Assembly (NCBI GenBank): GCA_964016885.1
Contig: OZ024740.1
Span: 345,650,001 to 345,714,000, forward strand
Direction of reading: 5' to 3'
Source: Eledone cirrhosa
Taxonomy: Eukaryota
Length of the DNA: 64,000 bases
Shown here: positions 44,454 to 60,432 of the stretch, piece after piece
Layout of the letters: every line of letters begins with the position of its first letter
Numbering within the stretch: the stretch's first letter is position 1
Program-made: the position numbers and the translations under genes
Notes under the pieces: generated by a model
Told to the model about the DNA's origin: nothing
The model's database searches: none
Seen by the model: the letters and a program-made list of their open reading frames with translations, nothing else

Positions 44454-47286
44454 TATATGTATACATAAATATATATATATACACATATACCTATATATAG
44501 ACAAACGCACATACATATATATATATATATGTGTGTGTGTATGTATGTATACATACATACATAGGTTTATGCTAAAATCTATAACACGTATCCATAACTT
44601 ATAGCTGAGTTTACTTTTAATATTTTTTTTCTTTTAAATATTTACTACATATTTGTGTATTTTATTTGTTTGGGGTTTAATGTTAATTACACAAACCAGA
44701 TTTCAGAAGCCAAACAAACGAATAACATACACAAAAAAGCCCAGGTAAAAATAAATACACATATAACATTAAGAAACATTACAAAAATTTGAAATATCAT
44801 AAGATATTTTAATAGAAAAGGGCAAAGCATAAAAACACAAGAAATTCAATTAAATATTATTGAAGAGCGTTATTTGTTGTTTGTTCGCTTGTATTTTCAA
44901 TATTTAATATATTTTATATATATTTATTTTATATTTTCGATACCTTCTTACCTTTTTAATTATCTATTTTCTTTCAAGTTGTACAGTACTGAATAAACAT
45001 AACATTACTTTCAACTTTTGATTACTTCATTCATTTAACCCTACACATGTATATTTTTTACTCTCTGTTTTTCCTAGTCTATTACTTCCTCCGGTTCTCT
45101 CACTCTATACATGGCTTTATTTAATATTTTCATGCTCATGCACACACACATATATGCATGCTTATTTGTTAGTATGTATGTAATTAAGTATTCCTTTACG
45201 TATATATTTGTGCACGTGTGCTTTTATACATGCATATTTACATAAATACTTATACGTGGATTTTTATCTGTGTAAGGTATTTTGATTAAGTTTGTATGTA
45301 ATGTATATTATATATATACATAACTATATATAGATACATAATCTTACACACATAAAAATGTACATATGTACACACAGGAGCGCGTAAACACATCCACATA
45401 TGTATATTTTCAAACATGCGGATTCATATTTAAATCATATTTATATATCTGTATATATTTGTATATAACATCTTACAAAAATCATCCTAAAGCTCTAAAA
45501 GTAAGACATGAATACACATTTTTGATATGGAAAATATGTTTAATTTTGCTCGTGTCGTTGACTTTAGCTATATTATATGAACAATTTTATTAGCCAAAAT
45601 GTTTGAACCATAGCTCTTTTGCTTGGTTTCTTCATAACTCGAGGCTATAACCATTTAATCAAGTTATGAATTTCCTATCCAGTTATTATCCTTATTCTTT
45701 TTTTTATAATTATTAATGGTACCTGGCATCATGAGTGATGACAGGCACTCAGGGCACCTTAACGTCTGAAGAAGGTGATAGGTGATTGAAAAAAATTCTT
45801 GATTTCTATAAAGGGCTATTGGAATATAGATGCAACGACAGCCTGCACGTGGCTCAGGGCATCGGTGACAGCAGTCTGAGCTGAATCATTTGGATGAATT
45901 TCCAGTTGTAGTTTATGGTTAATTTTTGAAATTTCTCGGGATGGCAGTACTACAGTGAAGTACTATCGGTTTGAGGCATGTTCTGCGGACACGGAAGTGC
46001 CAACAGCCGACCATGTTCGAGATGTGCACTGAATGATGAAACCATTCTGTATGTCACTGACAAGAGTTCTTGAATTACAGACTTGTGTGTTCGTATCAAA
46101 CGATTGGTATCACGATAGAAGCAATAATATCTATGGAAACAACAATACCATGAGCAACAAGAACAGCACATAGACAGTTAAGTTGTTCGGTGTTTGTTTT
46201 AGGGTTTCGATGCTGCTATTAACTTGAATGAGGCAACAAGCAGGCTGGTCATTTCCACAGAGAAATGGGCCAAGTCGAAGGTCGGACAGATATGGCGAAC
46301 GGGTGAATCGCTTGCAATATTTATTACCTTGCCACACTGTGCATCACACCAGATAGGAACGTCTGCTATTTTACTTCTTGTGTAAGGAACTATTGTCACA
46401 GTTCAGCTGATCCATCTACTGCCAACAATCTTTGTCCGAAGTGTTTGGCATTTCGTGACTAATAATGCGCTGGTGTTACGGCATTTGCATATGTTCCTAA
46501 AGCTTGAACAGGTGGGGTTGTCCTTTGTCGAGCGCACCTTTTCTGCAGCTCCTCTTTTGGTTTAGCTGCTGACTCAGATCAAGCAAAGAACGTGAGTGAG
46601 CACCTGTCTGAGGAACACAACTCGCCTCCATTTGGGCAATGCATTGGGTGGAAATTTCACCTTATATTTCTATAGCTGTCTAATGGTAGGAAAAAACGTT
46701 TGTTTGTTCCCGAGTACGTTAGACCAGAGGCCTATGAAGAATGTTCACATCCCTCTTGCCTGGCAGTGTTACTGCTAATTTCACTACAGGCAGTGAAGAT
46801 GGATGCAGCGCGATGAAACCTTTCTACCCACACTCGTTCAGTATTCGTGTATTGTAATGATTTATCGAACGGCTATCGTTACGAGTACGACAGCTGAAAC
46901 TGTTGAGGATTCCGTCATGATCGTTCCGCCGCCTACTTTTGACCATAAATGGCAGGGCGTTTCCCTTAGTCTGGAATCAAGGGAAGAACAGGTTGTGTTT
47001 TGAATGTGACTAGAGTAATTGAAGAGAACAGCAAGCTGTCATGGATTTCTTTAAATTTTATTTGGAAAGGAATATGTTAGTGAAGTGGGTAGTGCTGACC
47101 TCACCTTTCACCAATTCTGTTGTCTTTCATTTTTCTTACTAATTTGTTGTTTGTCTTTTTTGTCTGATTATTCGATTTCCTTTAAACTCTACTGTCTTTG
47201 TTCATTCATATTCTCTATTTTATTTCGGCCTGAGTGGCCGATACCATCATCATTATCATAATCATCATCATTTTCATTATTGCAGA

Positions 47287-47505
47287 GGCCGGTGGATTGA
47301 AAGAGTAGTGAGAGCGTCAAACAATATGCTTTGTAGTATTTGGTTTCGACACTAAGCTCTGTGTCTAAATAGCGCGGATATCAATTTCATCTTACATCCT
47401 TCTGATGCCGAAAAAAGGAAGTACCAACCAGGTACTGTAGTCGAATTAATCGACTTACGTCTTCCCTCAAATTGCTGGACTTTGGTCAATGTTAGAAATA
47501 ATTAT
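47287..47505 (+). mobile_element. Old diverged Nin-domain SINE
   Basis: ggccggtggattg head; ttacatccttctgatgccgaaaaaaggaagtacca core. Confidence 0.6.
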
Positions 47506-48619
47506 CATTGTAATAATTGTTTCTAAATTCTAATTATCCTAACTATTAACTCTTCATCATAATACACAAAATTAAGTACAGATCATATTATATATTATTA
47601 AATTATATAACATAAACTTCTTTACTTCATTATCAACTTTTCATTTGTTTTGTTAAGCTCATGACCAAAGTGTATATTATATCATAACTTACACATATAT
47701 ATTTAGAGGTGTGTTAGTCATTCAGAAAAGCCACAATGGCCCATTTGGAGGTCAATGTCAACCTCTTGTGTAGCCCTGAATTATAACATATTTCCCGAAA
47801 CATCAATTCTAATCCTACTTCTAAGAAATCAACGCCAGAATAATGCGACCTAGTTATCCATATTATCATTTCAACTCTATAGTATTTGATTTGTAACATA
47901 CAAGAATATCTCATAAACCTGGATGAGCAATTTGAGCAAGAGGTTTATCTTTATATATAATATGTCTCAAGCAGTTCATCGTAGCGGACGACATCTCTCT
48001 CCTAATGATTTGATTATAGTCAGAAATCACAACTCAAGCAAGTTTCGTCATGAATCTCAAATCATATTACTGAGCATTTATCATTAATCTCTGCTGATCA
48101 GACATACGGTTCATATCTAATGATATTACTTATTCAATGACAACATGTTTGGCAATTTGTCATTCTGTAGAGTACGAAGGATAAGCAAGCCCCAGACACA
48201 GAAGGAGTTGAACTCAATAAAGCACTAATGACGTTTTTGATGCTAGTCCAACACAGCGAAACAATTATCAAATACATTCCAGTCACAACCATTACACATT
48301 TTGTTCGGCATGGTCTCTCGAGAACGACTTCAAGGATTGTATTCGATTTTAAAATAGAAGCATGTGATTTAAGGATTTGACAGCTATTTATTAAACATAA
48401 AGTGAGCTCAAAGACTACCTCGGTGGCTCAAAAGTATTTTCAGCTAAGTGTTCATTGCGGATTGTAGGTGAACACCAACGATTTTGAAAATTTACGAAAT
48501 ACTGACCGCTTGTATAATTATTTAGATGTCTATCTATTACGAGGGTCGGCTGAAATGTTCAGGAGATGAATATGAAAGATTGATACTAGAGCGATGAAAT
48601 TTTGCGAGCATTTCAACTC

Positions 48620-49790
48620 TTATTAAACGAAACATCAATAACAAGTGGGGTGCCCCAGGGCACAGTCTTGGGACCACTACTGTTTCAGGTGGCTCTCTCA
48701 GACATGCTCTCTGTAGTACATACAACATCCCTCATTCAGTATCTATGCTGGTGACACAAAGGTAGCACAGGAAATCAGAATCCCGGCTGATGCTGCTCTT
48801 TTACAACAAGATCTTGATACCATATACAAATGGGCTGAGGACAACAAGCAGTTTAATGAGGTTGGCGACAATGTGCAGGCGACTCGCTGGCTGGAACTTA
48901 AGGACTTTTGGGACAAGAGACCGAGAGACCATGTTCATATTATGGAGAACATTTGGTGACACAAAGGTAGCACAGAAAATCAGAATCCCGGCTGATGCTG
49001 CTCTTTTACAACAAGATCTTGATGCCATATGCAAATGGGCTGAGGACAACAGCATGCAGTTTGATGCTGGAAAAGTTCAAGCCCTACAACATCAACCGGC
49101 AAACACAAAGATAATACAACACAGCTACACTGGACCAGAAGGGATCGAAATCTCCGTGTCGAAATCGATACGAGACCTGGGATAGACATGAGCGATGATG
49201 CATCTTATTCTTCTAACATTATGAGGTTGGCGACAATGTGCAGGCGACTCGCTGGCTGGATCTTAATGACTTTTTAGACAAGAGACCGAGAGACCATGTT
49301 CATATTATGGAGGAATTTGTCCTAAGCCGCCTGGACTACTGCAACCAGCTGTGGTCACCCCATAGTATCAAACTAACCATGGAGCTTGATGTAATCCAAC
49401 GAAGCTATACCAAGAGGATTGCTACGATGAAGGAGATGAGCGACTGGGAGAGGCTAAAAGAGCTGAAACTCTACTCCTTGGAACGAACGCGGGTGAAATA
49501 TATGGAAGATTCTGGAGGGACTGACACCAACTTTGGCATTAAGATTTGGACCAACCCTCGAACAGGATGTTACTGTGTGGTGCCAAATGTCTCGTCTTTC
49601 ACATCTAGATTAAGGAGCAGACATTGTAATAACCTATGGTTCAAAGTCGCTCAACTCTTCAACAAGCTGCCAAAAAAATTGAGAGATATGCATGGTGTGG
49701 ACATGAATGCTTTCGAGAAACATCTTGACACCCTGATATCCAGCATCCCGGATGAGCTTACAGCAGGGTACGAAGGCAACCTAATTAGAA
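48620..49790 (+). mobile_element. CR1/L2-group LINE 3' RT fragment with internal duplication
   Basis: SGVPQGTVLGPLLF, YAGDTK, LQQDLD..WAEDNSMQF, VLSRLDYC..LWSP, LYSLER. Confidence 0.85.
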
Positions 49791-49924
49791 CATTCCTCAT
49801 TCTAAGTGTTGTTATTGTTGGAGTTAGCTTAAAAATTGATAATATGGTAGAAGGGACAAGGTGTTAAAGGAACAAAATAACAAAAAAAGTGTCAAACTTC
49901 CCATTGGTCAGTTCTGAGAGCATT

Positions 49925-50903
49925 CCTCAGTCAGAAGTCTATAGAATTCTTTCTGATAATGTTCTCTAATTTACCCTTATGTTCTATTTTAGCATGTTGG
50001 TAGAGTACAGATGATTCTTTACTATCTCGAAGGTCTCGCCAGTGTTCATTTATCCGTTCTCCTATACTACGAGCTGTCTCACCTATGTACACTATATTTT
50101 TATCTCTACATTGTCCTTCAGTACATCTTATGCTACATACTACATTTCTAATTTTAGAGTTAATATGGGGGCTTAATTTACAGATTATACATTTCTTATT
50201 TATACAGGGAGTTCTTTGAAAAGGGTATGTATTGCTAATAAGTGTTTTTATGGAGGTACCTGGTCTTTCTACTATCTTAATATTGAGTTTATGTTTATCT
50301 AGGGCCCTTCTAAATTTGTAAGCTAATTCACCTCTAGGGGTTGTATCAATGAACATTACACTCTGATATTTATTGCTCTCATACCATGAGTTTATTCTAT
50401 TAGCCTTATTCCTAGTTCTTTCAATTCTATTCCAAAATTTGCTCCTATACAATGGGCAGGTCCCATTTGTGTCGTTATTTACCATTTTTTCCCATTTGGT
50501 TCTGGCTCCTCTATATACTCTGATTTTATCTCTCTGATTGTAACCAGAGAACTGCATACGGTGGATGAAGTGTTGTATGTGTCTCTCTAGTTCTTCGGGA
50601 TGGCACATGCGGGACACGTTTCTCATCACCCGTACCAAATCCGCAATCAGTATGTTGATTTTGGTATGGTCCGAAATAGCTGAGTTTCGGTGGATCAAGT
50701 ATTTGGAAGTCATGGGTTTGATCTAATGGGAATGAAGGATTTGTTTTTTGTTGTTGATGGTATCTAACAAGAGCCCTGTGTCTAGTACAGGTAATCGATG
50801 GTTGGGGTGTTTGCTTGGGTAGTCTACAGTAACTCTAATACTCTGGTGGATGGAGTTAGCTATTTGCTGGATGCTTTCCATTGTCTTTCCATTGTGTTTC
50901 CAT
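49925..50903 (-). mobile_element. Penelope-like element fragment (RT thumb plus GIY-YIG)
   Basis: RLPVLD, SGYN, PCINKKCIIC, RNVVCSIRC...YIGETARSIGERINEH. Confidence 0.85.
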
Positions 50904-52438
<1,535 letters not shown>

Positions 52439-52439
52439 T

Positions 52440-52923
52440 GGTAAAAGGAAAACAAAATGCTGACAAATTGTTACCTGTGAAAAATAGTTTAATTAGGAAT
52501 AAGCAAAAATTAATAATAGTATTGATTAGTATCCAGGTTTGGTTTTAAGTTTTACCGGTTGCGCATTTCTAATGCCTTTCAAAAATAATTTTGAGATAGA
52601 GCGCCCGTGATGTTTGCTCTAATCTGATTAGTTTTGGAAATTCTACCTGTTTTATGTAAAAATAGTGGCTCCAGATGTATGAACAAATTCTTGTAGTCAA
52701 AACAATTTTGATTAGTCGGTAGAGGTCATGTGAATGTTAAAAATTGATTTTGCGCAAAATCTAGGTTTGTCTCGGGTGATTGAGAAGTCACTGAAAAATA
52801 AGTCTCTCAAGACAAATATGTGTGTGTGTGTAGTAATAGTAAAGCGGTTCGTTGTTGTGATAATGGTTAGCAGGGATGTGTGTGCGAACCGCAACCTGTT
52901 GACAGTTCAAATGCCTACTAAGA

Positions 52924-53014
<91 letters not shown>

Positions 53015-55152
53015 TTGTGTCTGTGTGTGTGTAGCAGAGTAATTCGTGGTAGAGGGTTGGTCAGTAGGAATGTGCCTGTACGTGTGTGGGTGATATTTTA
53101 ACATGTTAAAAGATATTTTTCAGATCTTGTCTTATAAGGAGAAGTGTGTATGTGTGTGTGTATATGTCTCTTTTTATGTTAATGTACGCGTGTGTGTGTG
53201 TATATATGTGTGTGTGTATATATATGTGTGTGTGTATGTGTGTGTGTATATATGTGTGTGTGTGTTTGAGAATGTGTGTGTGTGGGTGGACAAGTATTTT
53301 TGTGATACTGGTAAAAATGGTGTACATTATTCGATATTTTCAGTAAAAACGATTCTCTCACATCAAAAACCTTAATAATAAAAAGTCTGAAATGATATAT
53401 AGTATTGGCATAATACCAAGGTGTGTGTGAGTGTCCAGATTGTACGTACTGCAAGGGGAATCCATTAGGCCTTACCGTATTGGAATACTTGTGTACAAAT
53501 ATGTATGTGCCCATCAGTGTGCAATGCATGTGTGCGTATATGTATGTGTGTGTGTCGGCACGTTTATATCTATAGACATCAAAAGGTATGAAAATTTGTG
53601 TATATTTGTGTTGCACCATAGAACATGTGTGTTTACGTATGTCATTGTGTTTATATGTGAATAGAGATGTATGCTGATGTAGGTATGTATGTTGACGTGA
53701 GTATGTTGTGGGTTCGTCTTAGGAAGAAGTGTTTAGACGGGGTCCGTATTTTTTAATAAAGTGAGATTCCTTGCTGATGCGCTGGGTGTGGGTGGCATTA
53801 TCTTTAAATTTGTAGAGGGGAAAGATTCTGAAGATGGGATGATTTTGGGCGGCACAGGTATCAATGTGTTCACTCAGTGGTATTTTCCTGTATTCCCGTA
53901 TTTTAATTTGGGATCTATGGACAGTCATGCGTAGGCGGAGGCTGTTTTTGGTCTGGCCTAACTATTGTTCTCGACAACCTGAGCAAGTTAATACATTTAT
54001 TAGATTTTCTGATGCGCATGTGAAATTGTGTTTTACTATAAAACGTTGTCCTTCTTTGAAATATAATTCCGAACCCTCTATTAGGTTGATGCATATGCCA
54101 GAGTTGGGACTATCGCATTTTTTTTACTGTGGGTTTCGTTGTTGTGGTTGGCAGTACTTTGGCATGTGTTAGGATGTTTTTCATTGACTTAGATTGTCTT
54201 TTGCTCTTTATAATATCGTGTGTTCGTAGGATTTGGTTCATTCTATGGTCCTTTTTCAACACATGGATGTTCTGGAGGATGGTGTCAAAGGCCTCATTGT
54301 TGAGGGGGTTGTGTGTGGAGATGTATGGAAGAGCTTTTAGTTTCGGTTGATTTACTTTAGGGTGTATAAGGTCCTGGGTACTGAGTTTTAGGGCACGTTG
54401 GATTCCATTGTCAATTAGTGATGCAGGGTAGTCCCTGCCTATGAGTGTGCACTTTAGTTCTTGTAGCCGTAAGTAGCAGGTGTTTTTATTGGAGACTATA
54501 GTACAGATTCTCTTGGCTAAGTTGTAGGGAATATTAATTTTAACGTGTCTAGGGTGGCAAGAGTTTAAAGGAAGATATTGCTTGGAGTCTGTGGGCTTGT
54601 AGTATATGTCTGTTTCTATTTTTTTATTATGGATCTTAATGAGGATGTCGAGGAAGGGGAGTTGTTGATGGCTGTATTCCATCGTGAAGTTAATATTTGT
54701 GTTGAGCCCATTTATAAGGATGTGAAATTCTTTAAGTTTCTCGATGTTTACGTGCCAAAGGATGAAGCAGTCATCTAGATATCGTTTCCAGTTCCTTTCT
54801 ATGTGTAAGTGGAGAATGTTTCCAAATTTGTTTAGTACTTTAGTGTAGAGGGTAATTTCTAGGTATCCCATGACTAGGCTGGCATAAGTGGCGGCTGTTT
54901 TCGTTCCCATAGCGGTCCCAGATTTCTGCCTCTAGGATTTGTTATTGAAAACAAAGTAATTGTTCTCCAAGATAAATTTGAGTCCCTCTATCAAGAATTC
55001 TTGTTTGATGCGTTGTGGGAGTTCATTGTGGTAATTATCCAGCCAGAATTGGATAGCTTCTATTCCTAGGTTGTGGGGCATGTTGGAGTATAGGTTGACT
55101 ACATCGAACGTCACTAGTAGGGTTTGTTCAGAAAGGGGCATATTAGGGAGGT
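52440..55152 (-). mobile_element. 5'-truncated Penelope-like element (RT + GIY-YIG + 3' pLTR)
   Basis: TFDVVNLYSN, GTAMGT, WKRYLDDCF, LPFLD, YYKPTDSKQYL..SCHP, GQTKNSLRLRMTVHR, FIKKYGPRLN; decayed hammerhead at 52550-52585. Confidence 0.9.
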
Positions 55153-55169
55153 GTATATATATATATATA

Positions 55170-55249
<80 letters not shown>

Positions 55250-55269
55250 TATATATATATATACTATAT

Positions 55270-56960
55270 ATATATGTAATATATAGTCGAACAAAGAACT
55301 ATCTTCATCTTACAGACCCACACTTCCCCCGGCCTGAACTTCCCACCCTTATTCCTCTAGCCTTCGACCGCCCCGCTCCCCCCACACTTATCCCCCACTA
55401 ACACCACTAACACACCCCTCCTTTTCACCGCCCACCCCACAACTAACACTACTAACATCTCCACTCCACCCTCATCCGACCACCCTTCCCCACCTAACAT
55501 ACTAACATCCCTCCCTTCTTCTCCTCCCACCTCCTTATCACACGCACATACCAACCGGCAGATATATACACGCGCTCACACTAAACACACACCCTACTAC
55601 CACCAATAACCCTCACCCCCACACCTCCATCCCACCACCCCGCAACTAACCTCACTAACACCCCCTGAACCCAAGCACACGAACACACGCACCCACTTAC
55701 ACCACCCACCCCACACGCAACTAACATCACTAACACCCCCAACCCACGCACACGTACCCACACACCCTCGTACACCACCAACTCTACACACCCTACCACC
55801 ACTAACCCCCACTCACATCTGCATTCAACCCTTTCCCCACCTCCCGTATACTAACACCCACTAACGCCCCTTCATCAAACTACACACAGACCAGTACACC
55901 ACACTCCCCACATAGAACTACACACACCCTTCTCTCCCGCTCCACCCACTCCCTCGCTCCACACTCACTCATCCCACTAACACCTCTACTAATACACACA
56001 CACACCCTCCTCACTCCAACTTTCACACCTACCCATCCTCGCCCCTTTACCATTCCACCTGACTGCTGCTATGCCCTCTGACCAGCTCCCAGCACAAACA
56101 GACACACAGCACTCCCACCGCTTGACCACTTCCTGTTGCGCGCGCACCCCACATCTCTCCTCTTCCGACCATCTCTTCATGGAATAATAGTATGTGGAAC
56201 TTGACCACCACGGAATCTACTAAACATCATAGGAATTTACCAACATTTCAACCATCCTCTTACGGAATCACCTATATAACTCACCCACACACACACCCAA
56301 CAATTTTTTTTTCTCCCACACGCCACCTACACCCACAACACGATTAAACCCCACACACACGTGCTTTCCACCACATATTTACACACTTAGCCTCCTGATT
56401 CCTCTCTCCCCACCCCTCTATCCACACACGCACAGGCACTCCGACCTACAACCCCCCCCCACACACACCTCTTCCTGAACATGCAACTACGTTCTTCCCC
56501 CAACCCTTACTTTCACATACACACACACACACACACACGTACACCTACACACACACGCAACCTTCAGCCCTCCTCGCTCGGACACCCCGTCTCCCTCTCC
56601 CCACTCCACCCGCCACCACCCCTACACACCCCAGACCCTTCCACCACCTGTTTTACCCCTTTTTAATTTCAGTTTATTTTGATCATGCTTTTATATTTAT
56701 TTTTATTTCATTCCTTTTATTTTGATCATGCTTTATTTTTATTTTTATTTTTAATTTCATTCGCACCGATTCCTTTCGCTATATGTCTCTCCACCACTCC
56801 CCTACACACCCTTTGAACTCTGTTCCCACACACTTCTCACCTGAGGAAGGGCTTGTGCCCGAAACGTCGTTCCCCACCACCACCCCACTCTCCAGAGCGT
56901 GAAATTAATAAACATTCGTTGTACTGCCTCTCTGTTTTGTTCCTGTTCAAATTTGTCCAT
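55270..56960 (+). mobile_element. C/A-rich non-coding PLE 3' region / pLTR ending in hammerhead and AATAAA
   Basis: Flanked by (TA)n; hammerhead at 56841; aataaa at ~56907. Confidence 0.55.
56839..56870 (+). ncRNA. Minimal hammerhead ribozyme motif
   Basis: CTGAGGA-A-GGGC-ttgt-GCCC-GAAACGTC (GUC triplet); stem I only ~2 bp. Confidence 0.65.
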
Positions 56961-56979
56961 TATATATATATATATATAG

Positions 56980-57160
56980 TATATAACGAAGGAAATGCGG
57001 TAAGGAACTAGGTGGACCATAACGCACCAAAGTACTCAATACTTAGGGTAGTAGAGTGGGTAATAGGAACAAGTAAGACCCCGACGGCTGAGCTGAAGCC
57101 GTTTCGACGGCTAATTCTGGACGTCCAGAATTAGCCGTCGGGGTCTTACTTGTTCCTATA
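56980..57160. mobile_element. Short fold-back element in (TA)n
   Basis: Inverted arms 57063-57159 with a perfect palindrome at 57105-57140. Confidence 0.75.
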
Positions 57161-57162
57161 TA

Positions 57163-57242
<80 letters not shown>

Positions 57243-57317
57243 TATATATATATAGTATATATATATAGTATATATATATATAGTATATATATATAGTATA
57301 TATAGTATATATATATA

Positions 57318-57366
<49 letters not shown>

Positions 57367-57999
57367 TAATCTAATATATATCACATATATCACATTAAAC
57401 CATAGGATTAACAAAGGTTTATATTAAAGCTGGTGAGTCGAATAACCTGGATTTTTATGAGCTACTACGAAATATTATGCACAAAAAATAAAGCTATAAA
57501 GAATCTAATAGCAAAAAAAGTATATTGAAATGTTTATTACATGCACCTAACATTTTAAGTATACCATTTTGCGAACCTATATTTTAAACGGGGTTCCGCT
57601 TGGTATATTTACGCACTCTTACAAGTGTCTTTGAAATTGTTTTTTTTTTTTTTCGTTCGCATGTTTTTATTTCAAAGAATATGTGAAAGCATATTCATTT
57701 ATTGCGTTTCATATTAAATTCGTTTGAAATGTTTGTTGTTTTTTAATCCATTGGATTAAGTGATATAATAATTTCTAATTGAAGCATAAGACAAAGAATT
57801 TTGAGAAGAAAGAAATGTAAAAACCTGGAACAAATATCGAGAATCTGTTCGACGTTCTATTCACCACCATTGTCGCGATAATGATTGTTGGATTCATGAG
57901 CACAGTATATCTTAGTGTGCTCTTTTCAGTGTGCACTTCCTGGCTCATGAAAGTTACGTGTATTATAAGGAATATGCGATATGGATATTACTTCTTTAT

Positions 58000-58024
58000 T
58001 AGTAGTAGTAGTAGGAACAGCAGC

Positions 58025-58084
<60 letters not shown>

Positions 58085-58085
58085 T

Positions 58086-58135
<50 letters not shown>

Positions 58136-58136
58136 T

Positions 58137-58191
<55 letters not shown>
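58000..58191. repeat. (AGT)n microsatellite
   Basis: Direct reading. Confidence 0.95.
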
Positions 58192-58379
58192 CAATCTTTG
58201 TTATATTATATTATTTACACAAGATGTGTGTTTCCTCAATTGAATTAGGAATAAATAGTATTCCACACAGAAATAATACATTTTTTCCGGCATACTACCT
58301 CTAGATACATATTACACCGTATATTTACGCTATAGTTCTTGTTGGTTGAGTGCCTATGTAAATATTCTTCCCGATATCT

Positions 58380-58762
58380 TTTATTCTTTTATTCATTTGG
58401 TTGATTAATTCATTACACTGCGGCAAAACTGGTAAGCCTCATTGATTTAGTCGATCACTTCGGCTCTATTATTATTATTATTATTATTTTTTCAAATGTG
58501 GTATTTTTTTTATTAAATTCTGTTTTTGGCAGATTGTTAAATTACAAGCCAAAACCACAAACGCGGTGATAAAGGTACACACGCACACGCATAGACAGAC
58601 ACACACATACAAACTTTCCGTCTACCAAATTCCAATCACTAGTCATCAGTCAATCCAGGGTTATAGCAGAAAATATGTGCCCAAGATGCCACACAGCAGG
58701 ACTGAATCTAGGAACACGCGATTGAGAAAAGGTTTCTTAAACACACAGCTATGCCTGCGCCT
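58380..58762 (-). mobile_element. Second tRNA-derived SINE family
   Basis: Minus-strand head aggcgcaggcatagctgtgtg...ttcagtcctgctgtgtggcatcttgggcac...gaatttggtagacggaaa, then (TG)n. Confidence 0.65.
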
Positions 58763-59444
58763 TGTTAACAATATCTTATTGGCTAAGGTGTGGAAGAAAA
58801 TAACGGTATATTATCGACTCTTTTCTACTATATTCCGAGCAAAAGAATAAACAGACCAGGCAAAAAAAAGACAGCAACAACAATAAAAAAGAAAAAAATA
58901 CCGAAAAAAAAAACCGAAACAAATATAGAATTTCTTAACTTATGTATTTTTACTGTGTGTTAAGTCTTAGTAGTATACAGAAACAGTTTTCGTTTTCATC
59001 TAGACTTTTCGAGTATGAATTGTGACTAGAAACTATCAATCATATTAATCAATTATTAGTTATATAATTTCCGAAACTACATGCAACTCGAAATGCATTG
59101 TCGTTAAATTGATAGGCATAATTTCAAATATTTCTAAAGAAATTTGGTGAAAGACTAATACATGAATCAAGGGAAAATATTCTAAGCAACTGGAGTCTTA
59201 GAAACAATCTTCATCTGGAACCAAATACGGGAATTATAAAAGACGAAACAACAAACGTTTATATCGATTTTACACTATATATATATATGTATATTACAAT
59301 ATATCGTCTTGATATGATTTCTACGATAGAAGTGGGAATAATTATCATTTGATATTTTTCCTGAATATTTCACATGTATATATATATATGTTTGGAAAAT
59401 GTGAGTAACACAGCCTTGTAAAATAACGATGCAACAGAAAATAT

Positions 59445-60054
59445 ACATAGCTTATAAAAGTTCTTTACGTTCTGAGTCCATATCATACCGAGGTCAATTT
59501 TGGCTTTCAGGATTCCGGTGACGATTCTGTACCAGTAAATTACTGGGGTGTATATAATCGATTTTCCATTCCCCAAAATTTGCTGGCTGCCTGCCTAAAT
59601 TATCAATAAAATATTAATTTCCAAATTAGGCACAAGACCAGGAATTTTTGGAGATGGTAAATCATTTGAAAATAATTGTTTCTACGCTTGGCACAAGGCC
59701 AGCAATTCACCAATGCATTACTGGTACTTTATTTTATCGACCCCGTAAGGATGAAAGGCAAAGTTAACCTCGGCGGGATTGTGAACTCAGAATGGCAAGG
59801 GCCGTAACTCTATGCGTCAACGCATGGCGTCCGACCCCCTACCGACACTGACAATCCATTGTTTGAAAATAATTGTTTCTACTATTGGCACAAGGCCAGC
59901 AATTACCAGTACATTACTGGTACTTTATTTTATCGACCCCGTAAGGATGAAAGGCAAAGTTAACCTCGCCGGGATTTGAACTCAGAATGGCAAGGGCCGT
60001 AACTCTATGCGTCAAGGCATGACGTCCGACCCCCATACCGATACTGCCAATCCA
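59445..60054 (-). mobile_element. Cluster of Nin-domain SINEs (one old, two young tandem copies 59670-59858 and 59868-60054)
   Basis: Family core repeated. Confidence 0.85.
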
Positions 60055-60432
60055 TCGTTTGAAAATAATGAATTCTTTTTACATTCAGTATTTCATTGCT
60101 GTTCTGGCAGGGTTGAGGTTATTAGATACCAATATGCATTTAGCAGCCTTAACCATCTTCCACTTTATGTGTCTAGCTCCACTAAACAAACAAGTAAATT
60201 CACATATATATATACATCGAACATCTTTAATCAAGCAGGTTCTTGCCACTTCCACTATTAAGACTTATGTTACATTCGGATAATAAGGGAATAATACATT
60301 TGCAGATTCTCTGCATTTCATGGAGTCATTTTATATGACCGTGTATCAAACAGACAACCGAAGTCGATTCACTAACGTACATTTGTGTACACTTATCATT
60401 AAATACAACATTACTACATGTGTTTCTCGATT

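Noticed and set aside
45720-47030. More GC-rich stretch that may be an old LINE or exon
   Set aside because: No convincing motif or ORF could be identified by eye.
59670-60054. Repeat-spacer (CRISPR-like) appearance of repeated SINE cores
   Set aside because: Eukaryotic SINE copies with no unique spacers or cas genes.
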